Source of the DNA: a bacterium | Lineage (GTDB): Bacteria; SM23-81; DAOVCL01 | DNA length: 64,000 nt | Direction: 5' to 3' | Assembly: GCA_029932675.1 (NCBI GenBank) | Contig: JAOZPP010000005.1 | Location: 12,423-76,422 of the forward strand | Shown here: one piece after another, positions 18,092 to 27,391 of the stretch | Layout of the letters: each line of letters opens with the position of its first letter | How positions within the stretch are numbered: the first letter of the stretch is position 1 | Position numbers and translations under genes: made by a program | The notes under the pieces: generated by a model | The model's input: only the letters and a program-made list of their open reading frames with translations | Database searches by the model: none | Told to the model about the DNA's origin: nothing

Positions 18092-20134
18092 ATGATGCAG
18101 TCTCTTTATGCCGGTGTATCCGGGTTGAGGAACCATCTCACCAGGATGGATGTTATCGGCAACAACATAGCCAATGTGAATACCATAGGCTTTAAGGCGG
18201 GGAGGGTAACCTTCAAAGAGACTATGGCCGCCCTCCTGCGGGGAGCGACCAGGCCTACCTCTGACAAAGGAGGGGTTAACCCTATGCAGATAGGGTTGGG
18301 AATGGCCATTGGTTCAATCGATAACCTCTTTACTCAAGGGAGCTTGGAGACGACTGGGATCATTACCGATCTGGCCCTGCAGGGCGATGGCTTCTTTGTC
18401 CTCCGGGATGGGGAGAAGAGGTACTATACCAGAGCGGGCGCCTTTCGGGTGGATTCCCTGGGAAGGTTGGTCAACCCAGATGGTCTCATAGTCCAGGGGA
18501 GGATGGCTGATGCCTTGGGAACTATAGGATCGGGAACGGTGGTGGGGGATATAACCCTCCCCTTTGGGCAGAAGACAGCAGCCAAGGCTACATCGAGGAT
18601 AGGTTTTACCTGCAACCTGGATTCCAGGGAGAGCCCCTTGGGAGCGATCTTCGACTCCAAATCCCTCTTCGCCGTTGAGGATGGAAGCAGCGATATGAAT
18701 GGCCTCTATGCCAATGGTAATGCGGACAGTAGTTTATCCCTCACCCCAGGGGATACGGTTACAGTGCAGATAGGGACCGCAACGGCTACCTACACCTATG
18801 TGGATACGGACGCGGGAACCACCTCCGATGATTTCCATACCATCAATGACCTCATAGCCGAATTGAACAACGACTTCTCCAGCACCGTTACCGCGAGCAT
18901 AGATTCGGACGGGGCCATCAATATCCTCAATGGTTCAGGTGGGGATATTGTCTTGACCATCACCAGCTCCAATACCACCTTGCAGAGCGCACTGGGAGCA
19001 GGGAGTGGGGTAACCATTGCCGACGGCGAGTCCCATCTCACAGACCAGTTCTCCCATACGGCCACGGGGAGCGATCTTTTGGTCAACCTGAGGGATTCAG
19101 AGGGGAACAGCCTGGGACTGGGAGCAGGGGATGCAATTAGCATCAGCGGTTCCATTGCAGGAACGGGGATTGGGGCGAATAGCTTTACTGTGGGCACCCA
19201 TACCTTATCCGATCTGGCCACAGAGATCGAGGCTGACTTCGATAACTCCATCCCTGCAGGTGGCAATGATATAGCTGAGGTGGTCATCGACAGCGACGGC
19301 TCCATCAAGGTAGGGACTGTGGCTGGAGCCCCCTCCCAGATAACATCGGTTACCGTGAACTGCAGTGGGAAGGCCACCTTCAACACGGCGATGACCTTTA
19401 TGCAGACGCAGCAACCAACGACTGTCTCCCATTCCACCTCGATCACCGTCTATGACAGCCAAGGGGGGACGCATGTGATCACCTTTACCTTCACCAAAGA
19501 TGCCACCGCGGAAAACACCTGGAATTGGACAGCTTCTGTAGAGGAGCCAGCGACGGTGATCAGCGGCTACTCAGGGAAGATTGAGTTCAACTCCGATGGT
19601 TCCTTGAAGAGCTTCAGCTACGACACGGGCAGCAGTTTCAAGTTTGATCCAGGGACTGGTGCTGATAGCCCGGTGGAGATTAGCTTGGATCCCGGTGAAA
19701 TTGGTGGTTTCAATGGTATCACTCAGTTTGCTTCTTCCTCCACCACCATCGCCTCCAGCCAGGACGGATACGGAATGGGAACCTTGGACTCTATCTCCAT
19801 CGGTGAGGATGGAACGATCACTGGCTCCTTTACCAACGGGGTGTTGCGCACCTTGGCTCAGATATCACTTGCTTCCTTCAACAACCCGGAAGGACTGAAG
19901 AAAGCCGGGGATAACCTCTTTGAGGAGACCACCAACTCTGGGCTTCCCCTTATCGGTGCGGCTGGGACCACCGTCCACGCCACCATATCCTCCGGGGCAC
20001 TGGAGATGTCCAATGTAGACCTGGCTCAGGAATTCGTCAATATGATCGTCGCTCAAAGGGGATTTCAGGCCAACGCCCGTATTATTACTACCAGCGATGA
20101 TATGCTGCGGGAACTAGTCAACTTGAAGAGGTAA
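18092..20134 (+). CDS. flgE: Flagellar hook protein FlgE (long form, 680 aa)
   Basis: N-terminus MMQSLYAGVSGLRNHLTRMDVIGNNIANVNTIGFKA and C-terminus GALEMSNVDLAQEFVNMIVAQRGFQANARIITTSDDMLRELVNL. The central part is Ser/Thr/Gly-rich variable domains. Confidence 0.9.
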   Translation: MMQSLYAGVSGLRNHLTRMDVIGNNIANVNTIGFKAGRVTFKETMAALLRGATRPTSDKGGVNPMQIGLGMAIGSIDNLFTQGSLETTGIITDLALQGDGFFVLRDGEKRYYTRAGAFRVDSLGRLVNPDGLIVQGRMADALGTIGSGTVVGDITLPFGQKTAAKATSRIGFTCNLDSRESPLGAIFDSKSLFAVEDGSSDMNGLYANGNADSSLSLTPGDTVTVQIGTATATYTYVDTDAGTTSDDFHTINDLIAELNNDFSSTVTASIDSDGAINILNGSGGDIVLTITSSNTTLQSALGAGSGVTIADGESHLTDQFSHTATGSDLLVNLRDSEGNSLGLGAGDAISISGSIAGTGIGANSFTVGTHTLSDLATEIEADFDNSIPAGGNDIAEVVIDSDGSIKVGTVAGAPSQITSVTVNCSGKATFNTAMTFMQTQQPTTVSHSTSITVYDSQGGTHVITFTFTKDATAENTWNWTASVEEPATVISGYSGKIEFNSDGSLKSFSYDTGSSFKFDPGTGADSPVEISLDPGEIGGFNGITQFASSSTTIASSQDGYGMGTLDSISIGEDGTITGSFTNGVLRTLAQISLASFNNPEGLKKAGDNLFEETTNSGLPLIGAAGTTVHATISSGALEMSNVDLAQEFVNMIVAQRGFQANARIITTSDDMLRELVNLKR

Positions 20135-20212
20135 TTCCTTGGTATTAATGGGAGCCTAACCTTGATAGCCGCCTCCCCTCTCTGGGGGGCAACAAGCTAA
20201 ACTAAAGAAGAG

Positions 20213-21736
20213 ATGAAGATTCTCTATATCTGGGTTCTCCTATCCATTCCCCTTTTGTGCTCATCCTGTGCTAAAAAGCCGACTAAAGAGGAGAATCATC
20301 CACCGGTGATAAGCAAGCTTAAAGCAAGCCAATCGGCGGTTGACCTGCGCACCGATGTGATCATTACCGCGCAGGTTACTGATCAGGATGAGGATGTACT
20401 CAGTTCGGTTTGGGGGGCCAACTGGGGGGAGTTTAAGGCCACCTCCCTTGATTCGGCTATCTGGACTTCACCTTCCTCTCCAGTTATTGCCACCATTAGG
20501 TTAAGGGTCTCCGACGGAAATGGGGGGAGTGCCAGGGATAGCTTACAGATAATGGTGAGGAATAACCCACCCCAAATAATGGCCCTTACTGCCCCCATCT
20601 CCAATCTGACCTTGGGGGGAGAGACGGTGATCGGGTGCCAAGCTACGGACCCTGATGGGGATACCCTCAGCTATCAGTGGGAGAAGGATGGAGGGGAGTT
20701 CTCCCAGTTCTGGGGGGATTCCTGCAGATGGGTAGCCCCGGCTGCGGAGGGGGTCTATCAGATCAAGGTGAAGGTCTCTGACGGCAAGGGAGGGCAGGCC
20801 AGGGATAGCCTCCAATTGAATGTGTATAGCGAATCCGGATGCTGTTGGATATCCGATACGTTTAACGATCGCCTAGTGAAGGTCTCCCCTGGGGGCATAA
20901 TCCTCCTGCGGTTAAGTGGTTTCTCCCGACCAATGGGGTTGGCCGTCAACCCCGCAGAGGAGGTCTGCTGGGTAGCGGATACCTACAACGATCAGGTCCT
21001 TAAATTGAACTCTCAGGGGAAGAGTGAGGTTAAGGTGACTGGGTTCCAAGCCCCCAAGGCCCTCTCCTGTTTCTGGGTGGAAGGGTCCTGCTGGATAGCC
21101 GATTCTGGGGGAGATCGGGTAGTGAAAGTGGCTTATGATGGAGAGGAACTCCTTAGGGTGGGAGGGTTCAATTCTCCCCAATCTTTAGCCGTTGATGAGA
21201 GGGATGGAAGCTGTTGGGTAGCAGATACAGATGGGGACCGGGTGATTAGACTCTCTCCCTCCGTACCTGATGGGGCAAGGGTGGATAGCCTCTCCTCAGA
21301 CTATGCTATGATAGTAGGGGGATTGGGAGGCCCCATAGCTGTTTCCGTAGGAAGATTGGATGGCTCTTGTTGGGTTGCGGAGAGGGACTCCAACCAAGTG
21401 GCCAAGATCTCCCCCCAGGGGGAAGTTCAGCTACGGGTAAATGGTTTTCAGGCCCCTCAAGCAGTAAGCGTAAACTCTAAGGATGGAACTTGTTGGGTAG
21501 CAGATACTGGGGGAGATCGAGTGGTCAAGCTCTCCCCCTCGGGGGAGCTCCTTCTAAGGGTGGAGGGTGAGTTTCATCAACCCTATTCAGTAGCGGTCAA
21601 CCCCACCGATGGTTCCTGTTGGGTAGCAGACACCTATGGTTATCGGGTGGTGAAGCTTTCCCGGCAAGGAGAGGTTCTCTGCACCATAACTGGCCTCAAA
21701 GCCCCCCGGGTTATCTCCGTTAATCCAGGGCAATGA
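20213..21736 (+). CDS. Signal-peptide (lipoprotein-like) protein with two Ig/PKD-like domains and a 6-bladed NHL-type beta-propeller, embedded in the flagellar operon
   Basis: MKILYIWVLLSIPLLCSSC. Two repeats of ...PPVIS/PPQIM...VTDQDED/ATDPDGD...WG..GEF...SDG(N/K)GG(S/Q)ARDSLQ..., then six repeats of SCWVADT..DRVVKLSP.GE.LLR..GF..P. Confidence 0.7.
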   Translation: MKILYIWVLLSIPLLCSSCAKKPTKEENHPPVISKLKASQSAVDLRTDVIITAQVTDQDEDVLSSVWGANWGEFKATSLDSAIWTSPSSPVIATIRLRVSDGNGGSARDSLQIMVRNNPPQIMALTAPISNLTLGGETVIGCQATDPDGDTLSYQWEKDGGEFSQFWGDSCRWVAPAAEGVYQIKVKVSDGKGGQARDSLQLNVYSESGCCWISDTFNDRLVKVSPGGIILLRLSGFSRPMGLAVNPAEEVCWVADTYNDQVLKLNSQGKSEVKVTGFQAPKALSCFWVEGSCWIADSGGDRVVKVAYDGEELLRVGGFNSPQSLAVDERDGSCWVADTDGDRVIRLSPSVPDGARVDSLSSDYAMIVGGLGGPIAVSVGRLDGSCWVAERDSNQVAKISPQGEVQLRVNGFQAPQAVSVNSKDGTCWVADTGGDRVVKLSPSGELLLRVEGEFHQPYSVAVNPTDGSCWVADTYGYRVVKLSRQGEVLCTITGLKAPRVISVNPGQ

Positions 21737-21933
21737 TCCACCTGACCAGACTGAACGGCAAGCCGGTGGTGGTTAATGCGGAGCTTATAGAGACGATGGA
21801 AGCTACCCCGGACACCATCCTCACCCTCACTACGGGAAGGAGGATAATGGTAAAGGAGGATATGGAGGAGGTAGTGGAAAAGGTGAAGGAGTATTTAAGG
21901 GAGACTAGGGTATGGACATTACCACCTTCATAG
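21733..21933 (+). CDS. flbD: Flagellar protein FlbD
   Basis: MIHLTRLNGKPVVVNAELIETMEATPDTILTLTTGRRIMVKEDMEEVVEKV matches the FlbD family motif MI.LTRLNG...NA.LIE..E.TPDT. Confidence 0.8.
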   Translation: MIHLTRLNGKPVVVNAELIETMEATPDTILTLTTGRRIMVKEDMEEVVEKVKEYLRETRVWTLPPS

Positions 21934-22706
21934 GGATTATCAGCGGGGTCTTTGTCCTCATAGTAGCCATCTTTATGGGTGGTGGGTTGGCCATCTTCAT
22001 CAACGTCCCCTCGATGATGGTGGTAGTGGGTGGGACCTTTGCCGCCACCCTGATCAACTATCCACTGCCGGAGATGCTTAGGCTGATCAAGGTGGTGAAG
22101 AATGCCTTCCTCCATAAGGTGATCTCTCCGGTAGAGACCATCAACAAGTTGGTTTCTTTTGCCGAGATAGCCCGCAAGAACGGGATGCTTGCCTTGGATA
22201 AAGAGCTTAAGAGCATCGATGATAACTTCCTGCGGGAGGGGATGCAATTGGCCGTAGATGGGATGGACCCAGAGCTGATCAGAAATGTCTTGGAGGTGGA
22301 GAAAGCATTCTTAGAGGAGAGACACACGGTGGGTCAAGGGATCTGTAAGGCTATGGGGAAGTATGCCCCTGCCTTTGGTATGCTGGGGACCCTTATTGGA
22401 CTTATCCAGATGCTCAGATCCCTTGATGATCCAACCCAGATAGGGCCGGGGATGGCTGTTGCCTTGATTACCACCTTCTATGGGGCCTTGATGGCCAACC
22501 TTCTCTTCCTCCCCTTGGCCGGGAAGTTAGAGACCCTCTCTCAACAGGAGTTGCTCCTCAAGGAGCTGGCCGTAGAGGGGATACTGGCCATCCAGGCCGG
22601 GGATAGCCCCCGCATAGTGGAGCAGAAGCTGCGCGCCTTTTTGGCCCCCCATCTTCGGGCAGGGATAAAGAGGAAGAGGGCAGGGGAGGGCGAAGGTGGC
22701 GGTTAA
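21912..22706 (+). CDS. motA: Flagellar motor stator protein MotA
   Basis: Four TM segments with GPGMAVALITTFYGALMANLLFLPLAGKLE (the MotA/TolQ/ExbB motif). Confidence 0.9.
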   Translation: MDITTFIGIISGVFVLIVAIFMGGGLAIFINVPSMMVVVGGTFAATLINYPLPEMLRLIKVVKNAFLHKVISPVETINKLVSFAEIARKNGMLALDKELKSIDDNFLREGMQLAVDGMDPELIRNVLEVEKAFLEERHTVGQGICKAMGKYAPAFGMLGTLIGLIQMLRSLDDPTQIGPGMAVALITTFYGALMANLLFLPLAGKLETLSQQELLLKELAVEGILAIQAGDSPRIVEQKLRAFLAPHLRAGIKRKRAGEGEGGG

Positions 22707-23448
22707 GAAGAGGAAGAAACCGGCGGAGGAAGGGGCACCTGAATGGATGGTCACCTATGGAGATCTGATGACCTTACTGATGACCTTCTTTGTCCTGCTC
22801 TTCTCCTTCTCCTCCATTCAGGAGGCCAAGTTCAGGAATGCTATCGGTTCCTTGAAGGGGGCCTTGGGGGTGCTCTCCAAGAACCCTAAGGCGATGAGCC
22901 AGGTTAAGTCTGATGAGCGATTTATCCCCCAGAGGGATAGGAAGTTGATGAGGGCCTTGAAACAGGTGAGGAAGCTCTCCCAGGAGGGGAGGTTCAAGGG
23001 ACAGATAAAACTGGTAAAGACGGAGAAAGGGTGGTTGGTGAGCATCTCCAATCCAGTGATGTTTGAGATCGGCAAGGCAGAGATCAAACCACCTCTCTAC
23101 CCTGTTTTAGACAAGATAGCGGAGATAATTAGGGTCAAGCCAATGGAAGTGCGAGTAGTGGGCCATACCTGCGATCTTCCTATCCACACCAGCCAGTTCC
23201 CCTCCAACTGGGAACTCTCGGCGACAAGGGCAGTGAATGTGGTCAAATACTTTGAGTCCAAGGGGATTCCAGGGGCTAAATTTGCCGCGGTGGGGAGGTC
23301 CAAATACTCCCCCATCGTTCCCAACGATTCGGAAAAACATAGAAGGTTAAATCGGAGGGTGGAGATATACTTGGATTACATTAACCCTCCCCTAAAGCCA
23401 GTAGAACCGCTTACCCCTATCTCCCCATCAGGAAAGGAGGAGAGCTAA
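22696..23448 (+). CDS. motB: Flagellar motor stator protein MotB (OmpA-like C-domain)
   Basis: EWMVTYGDLMTLLMTFFVLLF (plug/TM with conserved Asp), then C-terminal VVGHTCDLPIHTSQFPSNWELSATRA...NRRVEIYL. Confidence 0.9.
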   Translation: MAVKKRKKPAEEGAPEWMVTYGDLMTLLMTFFVLLFSFSSIQEAKFRNAIGSLKGALGVLSKNPKAMSQVKSDERFIPQRDRKLMRALKQVRKLSQEGRFKGQIKLVKTEKGWLVSISNPVMFEIGKAEIKPPLYPVLDKIAEIIRVKPMEVRVVGHTCDLPIHTSQFPSNWELSATRAVNVVKYFESKGIPGAKFAAVGRSKYSPIVPNDSEKHRRLNRRVEIYLDYINPPLKPVEPLTPISPSGKEES

Positions 23449-24026
23449 TGGCAGCAAAGAAGAAAGAACCAGTAAAGGAGGGGAAGGAATCCCCTCCTCT
23501 CCAGGAGCCTGTTGAGCCCAAGGACCAGCCCAAAAAGGGGTTTATGTCGGGCAAGTTAAAAAAAGTGGCCTTCCCTCTGATCGTAGTCATCCTTTCCTAT
23601 GTTGTGGTAACTAAAGTAATTTCCCCAAAGCTATTGGCGGAGAAGAAGGAATTGGAGAAGAAGAAGAAATTGGAGCTAAAAGGAGAAGAGGAGAAACCCA
23701 AGGATAAGTCTCCAGATAAGATGATCGGGCAGGTTTATACCATCTCTGACATAATAGTCAACCCAGCAGGCTCCAATGGGGAGAGGTTCGTCAAAACCTC
23801 TATAGCCCTGGAGATAGAGGGGGCTAAACTTACCGAGGAACTGACCAAGAGGGATGTCCAACTCAGGGATATATTGATTGGTATCTTCACCAGCAAAACG
23901 ATTGGGGAACTTACCAATCCGGCGAGGAGAGAGGATCTGAGGAGAGAGGTTAAGGAGAAGATAAACTCACTTCTGGTATCCGGAAAGATAAAGAATGTTT
24001 ACTTCACTGATCTGGTGATCCAATAA
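23448..24026 (+). CDS. fliL: Flagellar basal body-associated protein FliL
   Basis: Single TM, then YTISDIIVNPAGSNGERFVKTSIALEI...LRDILIGIFTSKTIGEL (FliL domain). Confidence 0.8.
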   Translation: MAAKKKEPVKEGKESPPLQEPVEPKDQPKKGFMSGKLKKVAFPLIVVILSYVVVTKVISPKLLAEKKELEKKKKLELKGEEEKPKDKSPDKMIGQVYTISDIIVNPAGSNGERFVKTSIALEIEGAKLTEELTKRDVQLRDILIGIFTSKTIGELTNPARREDLRREVKEKINSLLVSGKIKNVYFTDLVIQ

Positions 24027-24148
24027 CTTGCAGCAACCATGGAGTCCTATACAATTAGCAATTAACAAGTTAGCTGAACCGGAGGCCATTTTCCATTGCT
24101 AATTGATCGTTTCCCTATCAATCCGTGGTTATCATTAAGGAAGGAGCG

Positions 24149-25204
24149 ATGCCTGGTATCCTATCCCAAGAAGAGATAGATCAGTTAGTCTCCTCGGTGG
24201 CTAAGGGAAAGACTGAAGAGAAGAGGCCGTTTGGTGCGAGGAAAAAAGCGATTCCCTATGATTTTCGTCAACAGAACATCATCCCTAAGGCCTCGCTGCA
24301 TGCTATAAAGAGCCTCCACACCGATTTTGCCAAGTCGCTGAGTATTTTTCTCCTGCGGACGGTGAAGAATGAACTGGGGGTGAAGTTGGCCACGGTCAAT
24401 TCCCTTCCCTTGGGGGAGTTTATCAAGTCTCGTGCCAACCCTACCTATCTCAGCTTAGTGAGGCTTAAACCCTATAATGGTGAGTTAATCATAGATATCT
24501 CCCCTAATCTGGTTTTCCTTTTAGTCGATCTCCTCTTCGGAGGGACAGGCAGTCCCCCACCGGCAAATGGGGTAATTACCCATATGGAGAAGAAGTTTAT
24601 GAGAAAATTGGTGGAGGGGATGCTCAGTGAGTTCAAAGCGATCTGGGAAAAGGTAACCCCCTTTCATCCGAGGATAGAAACCGAAGGAACAGACCCCGCC
24701 ATTGCCGGTTCACCCTCCGACTTGGAGAATGCGATGATGGTGACCTATGAGTTGACCCTGGGGGAGGGTTCAGAGGGTCATCTCCCCTTAAGCTTCTGCT
24801 ACACTGCTAAGCTTCTTAAATCGCTGGTAGCTGTCTTGGGACAGAAAAAGGTAGGGGAGGGGGAACTGCCCCCAAGAGAGGAGGCTCAGACCGAGGAGTT
24901 GCTGAAGAGTTTGAGTCAAGTGGAAATGCCTGTGTCCGTAGAGCTTGGCAGGACCCTTCTGACCATCAGGGATTTGATTGGCCTTCAGATAGGGGATGTC
25001 ATTCGGTTAGACAATTACATAGATGATGAGTTGAAAGTCGAGGTTGAGGACAGAGCGAAGTTCCTGGCCCGGCCAGGGGCTTATCGAGGGAGGAAGGCGG
25101 TGATAATATCTTCAATCTTTAAGGAAGGAGAGGTGAGAAATGGCCAGCAAAAAGGGAAAGGTGAACCCCCAGCCGACGGAGGAAGAGGCCCCAAAGGCGG
25201 GTAA
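24149..25204 (+). CDS. fliM: Flagellar motor switch protein FliM
   Basis: ATG at 24149 follows AAGGAAGGAG. The ORF-track start at 24125 is a GTG. IPYDFRQQNIIPKASLHAIKSLHTDFAKSLSIFL matches the CheY-P binding/FliM N-region, and a SpoA-like C-domain is present. Confidence 0.9.
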   Translation: MPGILSQEEIDQLVSSVAKGKTEEKRPFGARKKAIPYDFRQQNIIPKASLHAIKSLHTDFAKSLSIFLLRTVKNELGVKLATVNSLPLGEFIKSRANPTYLSLVRLKPYNGELIIDISPNLVFLLVDLLFGGTGSPPPANGVITHMEKKFMRKLVEGMLSEFKAIWEKVTPFHPRIETEGTDPAIAGSPSDLENAMMVTYELTLGEGSEGHLPLSFCYTAKLLKSLVAVLGQKKVGEGELPPREEAQTEELLKSLSQVEMPVSVELGRTLLTIRDLIGLQIGDVIRLDNYIDDELKVEVEDRAKFLARPGAYRGRKAVIISSIFKEGEVRNGQQKGKGEPPADGGRGPKGG

Positions 25205-25676
25205 GGGTCCAGAGGAGGAGGAAATCACCGAGGAGGCATCAACTGATAGGGCGGCGGTGGAGGATCAAGCCACTATAGATCAACCAGACCCGGATGCCAA
25301 TCTAAAGTGGCCAGAGGAGGAGAACCCTTCTGGAGAGGGGAAACCCACTGAGGAAGAAGTGGTAATCCAAGATGCCCAATTTGATCAGATTAAGCCCCCC
25401 CAGTCTACTGGTAAGGGTAACAACATAGATCTCCTTCTCGATGTCAATCTCCCCATCTCGGTGCAATTAGGAAAGACATCGATGACCATCCAGGAGCTTT
25501 TAGAGATTAGCCCTGGTTCGGTGATTGAGCTGGACAAGATGGTAGGTAGCCCGGTGGAGATTTTGGCCAATGACAAAACTATAGCCCAAGGTGAGGTAGT
25601 GGTGGTTGATGAGAATTTCGGGGTAAGGATAACCTCTCTCCTTAGCCCGGCGGAAAGGATAAAGAGCCTCAGATGA
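25140..25676 (+). CDS. fliN: Flagellar motor switch protein FliN (FliY-like, acidic N-extension)
   Basis: C-terminal SpoA domain LLLDVNLPISVQLGKTSMTIQELLEISPGSVIELDKMVGSPVEILANDKTIAQGEVVVVDENFGVRITSL. Confidence 0.85.
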   Translation: MASKKGKVNPQPTEEEAPKAGKGPEEEEITEEASTDRAAVEDQATIDQPDPDANLKWPEEENPSGEGKPTEEEVVIQDAQFDQIKPPQSTGKGNNIDLLLDVNLPISVQLGKTSMTIQELLEISPGSVIELDKMVGSPVEILANDKTIAQGEVVVVDENFGVRITSLLSPAERIKSLR

Positions 25677-26218
25677 AGGTTTTCCTCCTTATAAGCTCAA
25701 TTCTGAACCAGCAAGGTCCAGCCCTCCCCTTCTCCTATCAGGAGCCAACCCCCCTCTCCCCGGGGAGCTTCTGGAACCTGGCCGGGAAGACCATTGGCTC
25801 GCTCTTCCTTGTCTTGGGATTAATCGTTTTGTTCATATTCTTTTTGAAGAGGCTTAATCTCCGCGGCCCGTTAACTGGTTCCCACTCGAATATAGTGAAG
25901 GTCATCTCTCATCAGACCCTTCTTCCCAAGAGATCCCTCTACCTGGTCAAGGTGGCCGAGAAGTTCCTCGTGTTGGGGGTGAGCCCCTCCGGAATAAACC
26001 TGATAACCGAACTGGAGGATGGGTTGGAAGCAGAATTGCAGGGTCAGAATAATCTCAGCGGATTTTCCCAGCAGTTGGATAGGTTCCTCTCTAAATTCAA
26101 GGGTAGAACATCCTTAAAGATGATGACCTCTCTGCAATCTGAATTTCAGGGGAACCTGAGGAAGATACGAGAGAGGATTGGTAATTTGGAGAAGCTTGTC
26201 AACTCCAGTTTGCAGTAG
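25673..26218 (+). CDS. fliO: Flagellar biosynthesis protein FliO/FliZ-like
   Basis: A single TM helix (LFLVLGLIVLFIFFL) is followed by a conserved segment (YLVKVAEKFLVLGVSPSGINLITEL). It is translationally coupled to fliN and sits upstream of fliP. Confidence 0.6.
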   Translation: MKVFLLISSILNQQGPALPFSYQEPTPLSPGSFWNLAGKTIGSLFLVLGLIVLFIFFLKRLNLRGPLTGSHSNIVKVISHQTLLPKRSLYLVKVAEKFLVLGVSPSGINLITELEDGLEAELQGQNNLSGFSQQLDRFLSKFKGRTSLKMMTSLQSEFQGNLRKIRERIGNLEKLVNSSLQ

Positions 26219-26348
26219 GGGGGAAGGTGTTGTCATTAATATGGACTATCGCTCCCCTGGTGCTCCGCAAGGTCTTATTAACCAATTGGAGACTCCCTGA
26301 AGAGTAGATGGTGAGGGAAGGTAAAAATGATTTAAGGAGGTTTAAATC

Positions 26349-27107
26349 TTGAGAAATAAAAATTTACGACTTAAATCAATCCTCTTGCCGGGGCTTCTTC
26401 CGGTGATCCCCCTGTTGCTTCTCCTCTCCCCTCGGGCAGATGCGTTTCCTCTTCCCTCCCTTGGAGGAGGGAACCCCCAGAACCTCTCCACCGCCATCCA
26501 GATACTCCTTCTGCTCACCGTTATCTCCTTGGCCCCGGCCATTCTGGTTACCTTAACCTCCTTTACTCGGATTATCATCGTCTTCTCCCTGCTGAGGCGA
26601 TCTATGGGAACAATGCAGATGCCTCCCAACCAGGTTATGATTGGTTTGGCCCTCTTTCTCACCTTCTTCATAATGGCCCCAGTCTTTACTCAGATAAACG
26701 ACCAAGCATTGAAGCCATTTATGGCAAAGGAGATAAGCACCCAAGAAGCCTATGAAAGGGGGGTTCAACCACTGAGGGATTTTATGCTCAGACAGACAAG
26801 GGAGAAGGACCTAGCCCTCTTTGTCCATTTTGCTAAATTGGAAAGGCCAAAGGGGCCGTCCGATCTTCCCACTTATGTGATCATCCCTGCCTTTGTGATC
26901 AGTGAACTGAAGACTGCTTTCCAGATGGGGTTCCTCATGTATCTACCCTTCCTGATCATTGATATGGTGGTGGCCTCTGTGTTAATGTCAATGGGGATGC
27001 TGATGCTTCCTCCGATAATGATCTCCCTTCCCTTCAAGATCTTGCTCTTTGTAATGGTGGATGGATGGAACTTAGTAGTTAGATCTTTGGTGATGAGCTT
27101 TCGCTAA
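26349..27107 (+). CDS. fliP: Flagellar type III export apparatus protein FliP
   Basis: TTG start after AGGAGG. LSTAIQILLLLTVISLAPAILVTLTSFTRIIIVFSLLRRSMGTMQMPPNQVMIGLALFLTFFIMAPV is the FliP signature. Confidence 0.9.
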   Translation: MRNKNLRLKSILLPGLLPVIPLLLLLSPRADAFPLPSLGGGNPQNLSTAIQILLLLTVISLAPAILVTLTSFTRIIIVFSLLRRSMGTMQMPPNQVMIGLALFLTFFIMAPVFTQINDQALKPFMAKEISTQEAYERGVQPLRDFMLRQTREKDLALFVHFAKLERPKGPSDLPTYVIIPAFVISELKTAFQMGFLMYLPFLIIDMVVASVLMSMGMLMLPPIMISLPFKILLFVMVDGWNLVVRSLVMSFR

Positions 27108-27121
27108 GGAGGGATAAGCAG

Positions 27122-27391
27122 ATGAGTCCAGAGACGTTCCTCTCCCTCTTCCGGGAGACCTTGATTACCACCCTTCTGGTGGCCGGTCCAATGCTTTTGT
27201 CCGGTCTGGTAGCCGGCCTGTTAGTCAGTATATTTCAGGCGGTAACATCGATTCATGAAATGACCCTTACCTTCATTCCCAAGATATTGGCTGTAGCCTT
27301 GGCCCTGATTATCTTTCTCCCCTGGATGATAGCTAAACTACTGGACTTCACCTCCAATCTCCTCATTAACCTCCTCTCCTATATAGGTTGA
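27122..27391 (+). CDS. fliQ: Flagellar export apparatus protein FliQ
   Basis: 89 aa, two TM helices, TLLVAGPMLLSGLVAGLLVSIFQAVTSIHEMTLTFIPK. Confidence 0.9.
   Translation: MSPETFLSLFRETLITTLLVAGPMLLSGLVAGLLVSIFQAVTSIHEMTLTFIPKILAVALALIIFLPWMIAKLLDFTSNLLINLLSYIG

Noticed and set aside
18796-19446. Long antisense ORFs inside real genes (e.g. 18796..19446 minus within flgE; 11021..11539 minus within fliG; 12796..13317 minus within fliI; 54346..54933 plus within an FtsX gene)
   Set aside because: They overlap well-supported conserved genes on the opposite strand. They are low-complexity or Pro/Ser-rich translations typical of antisense frames of high-GC coding sequence.
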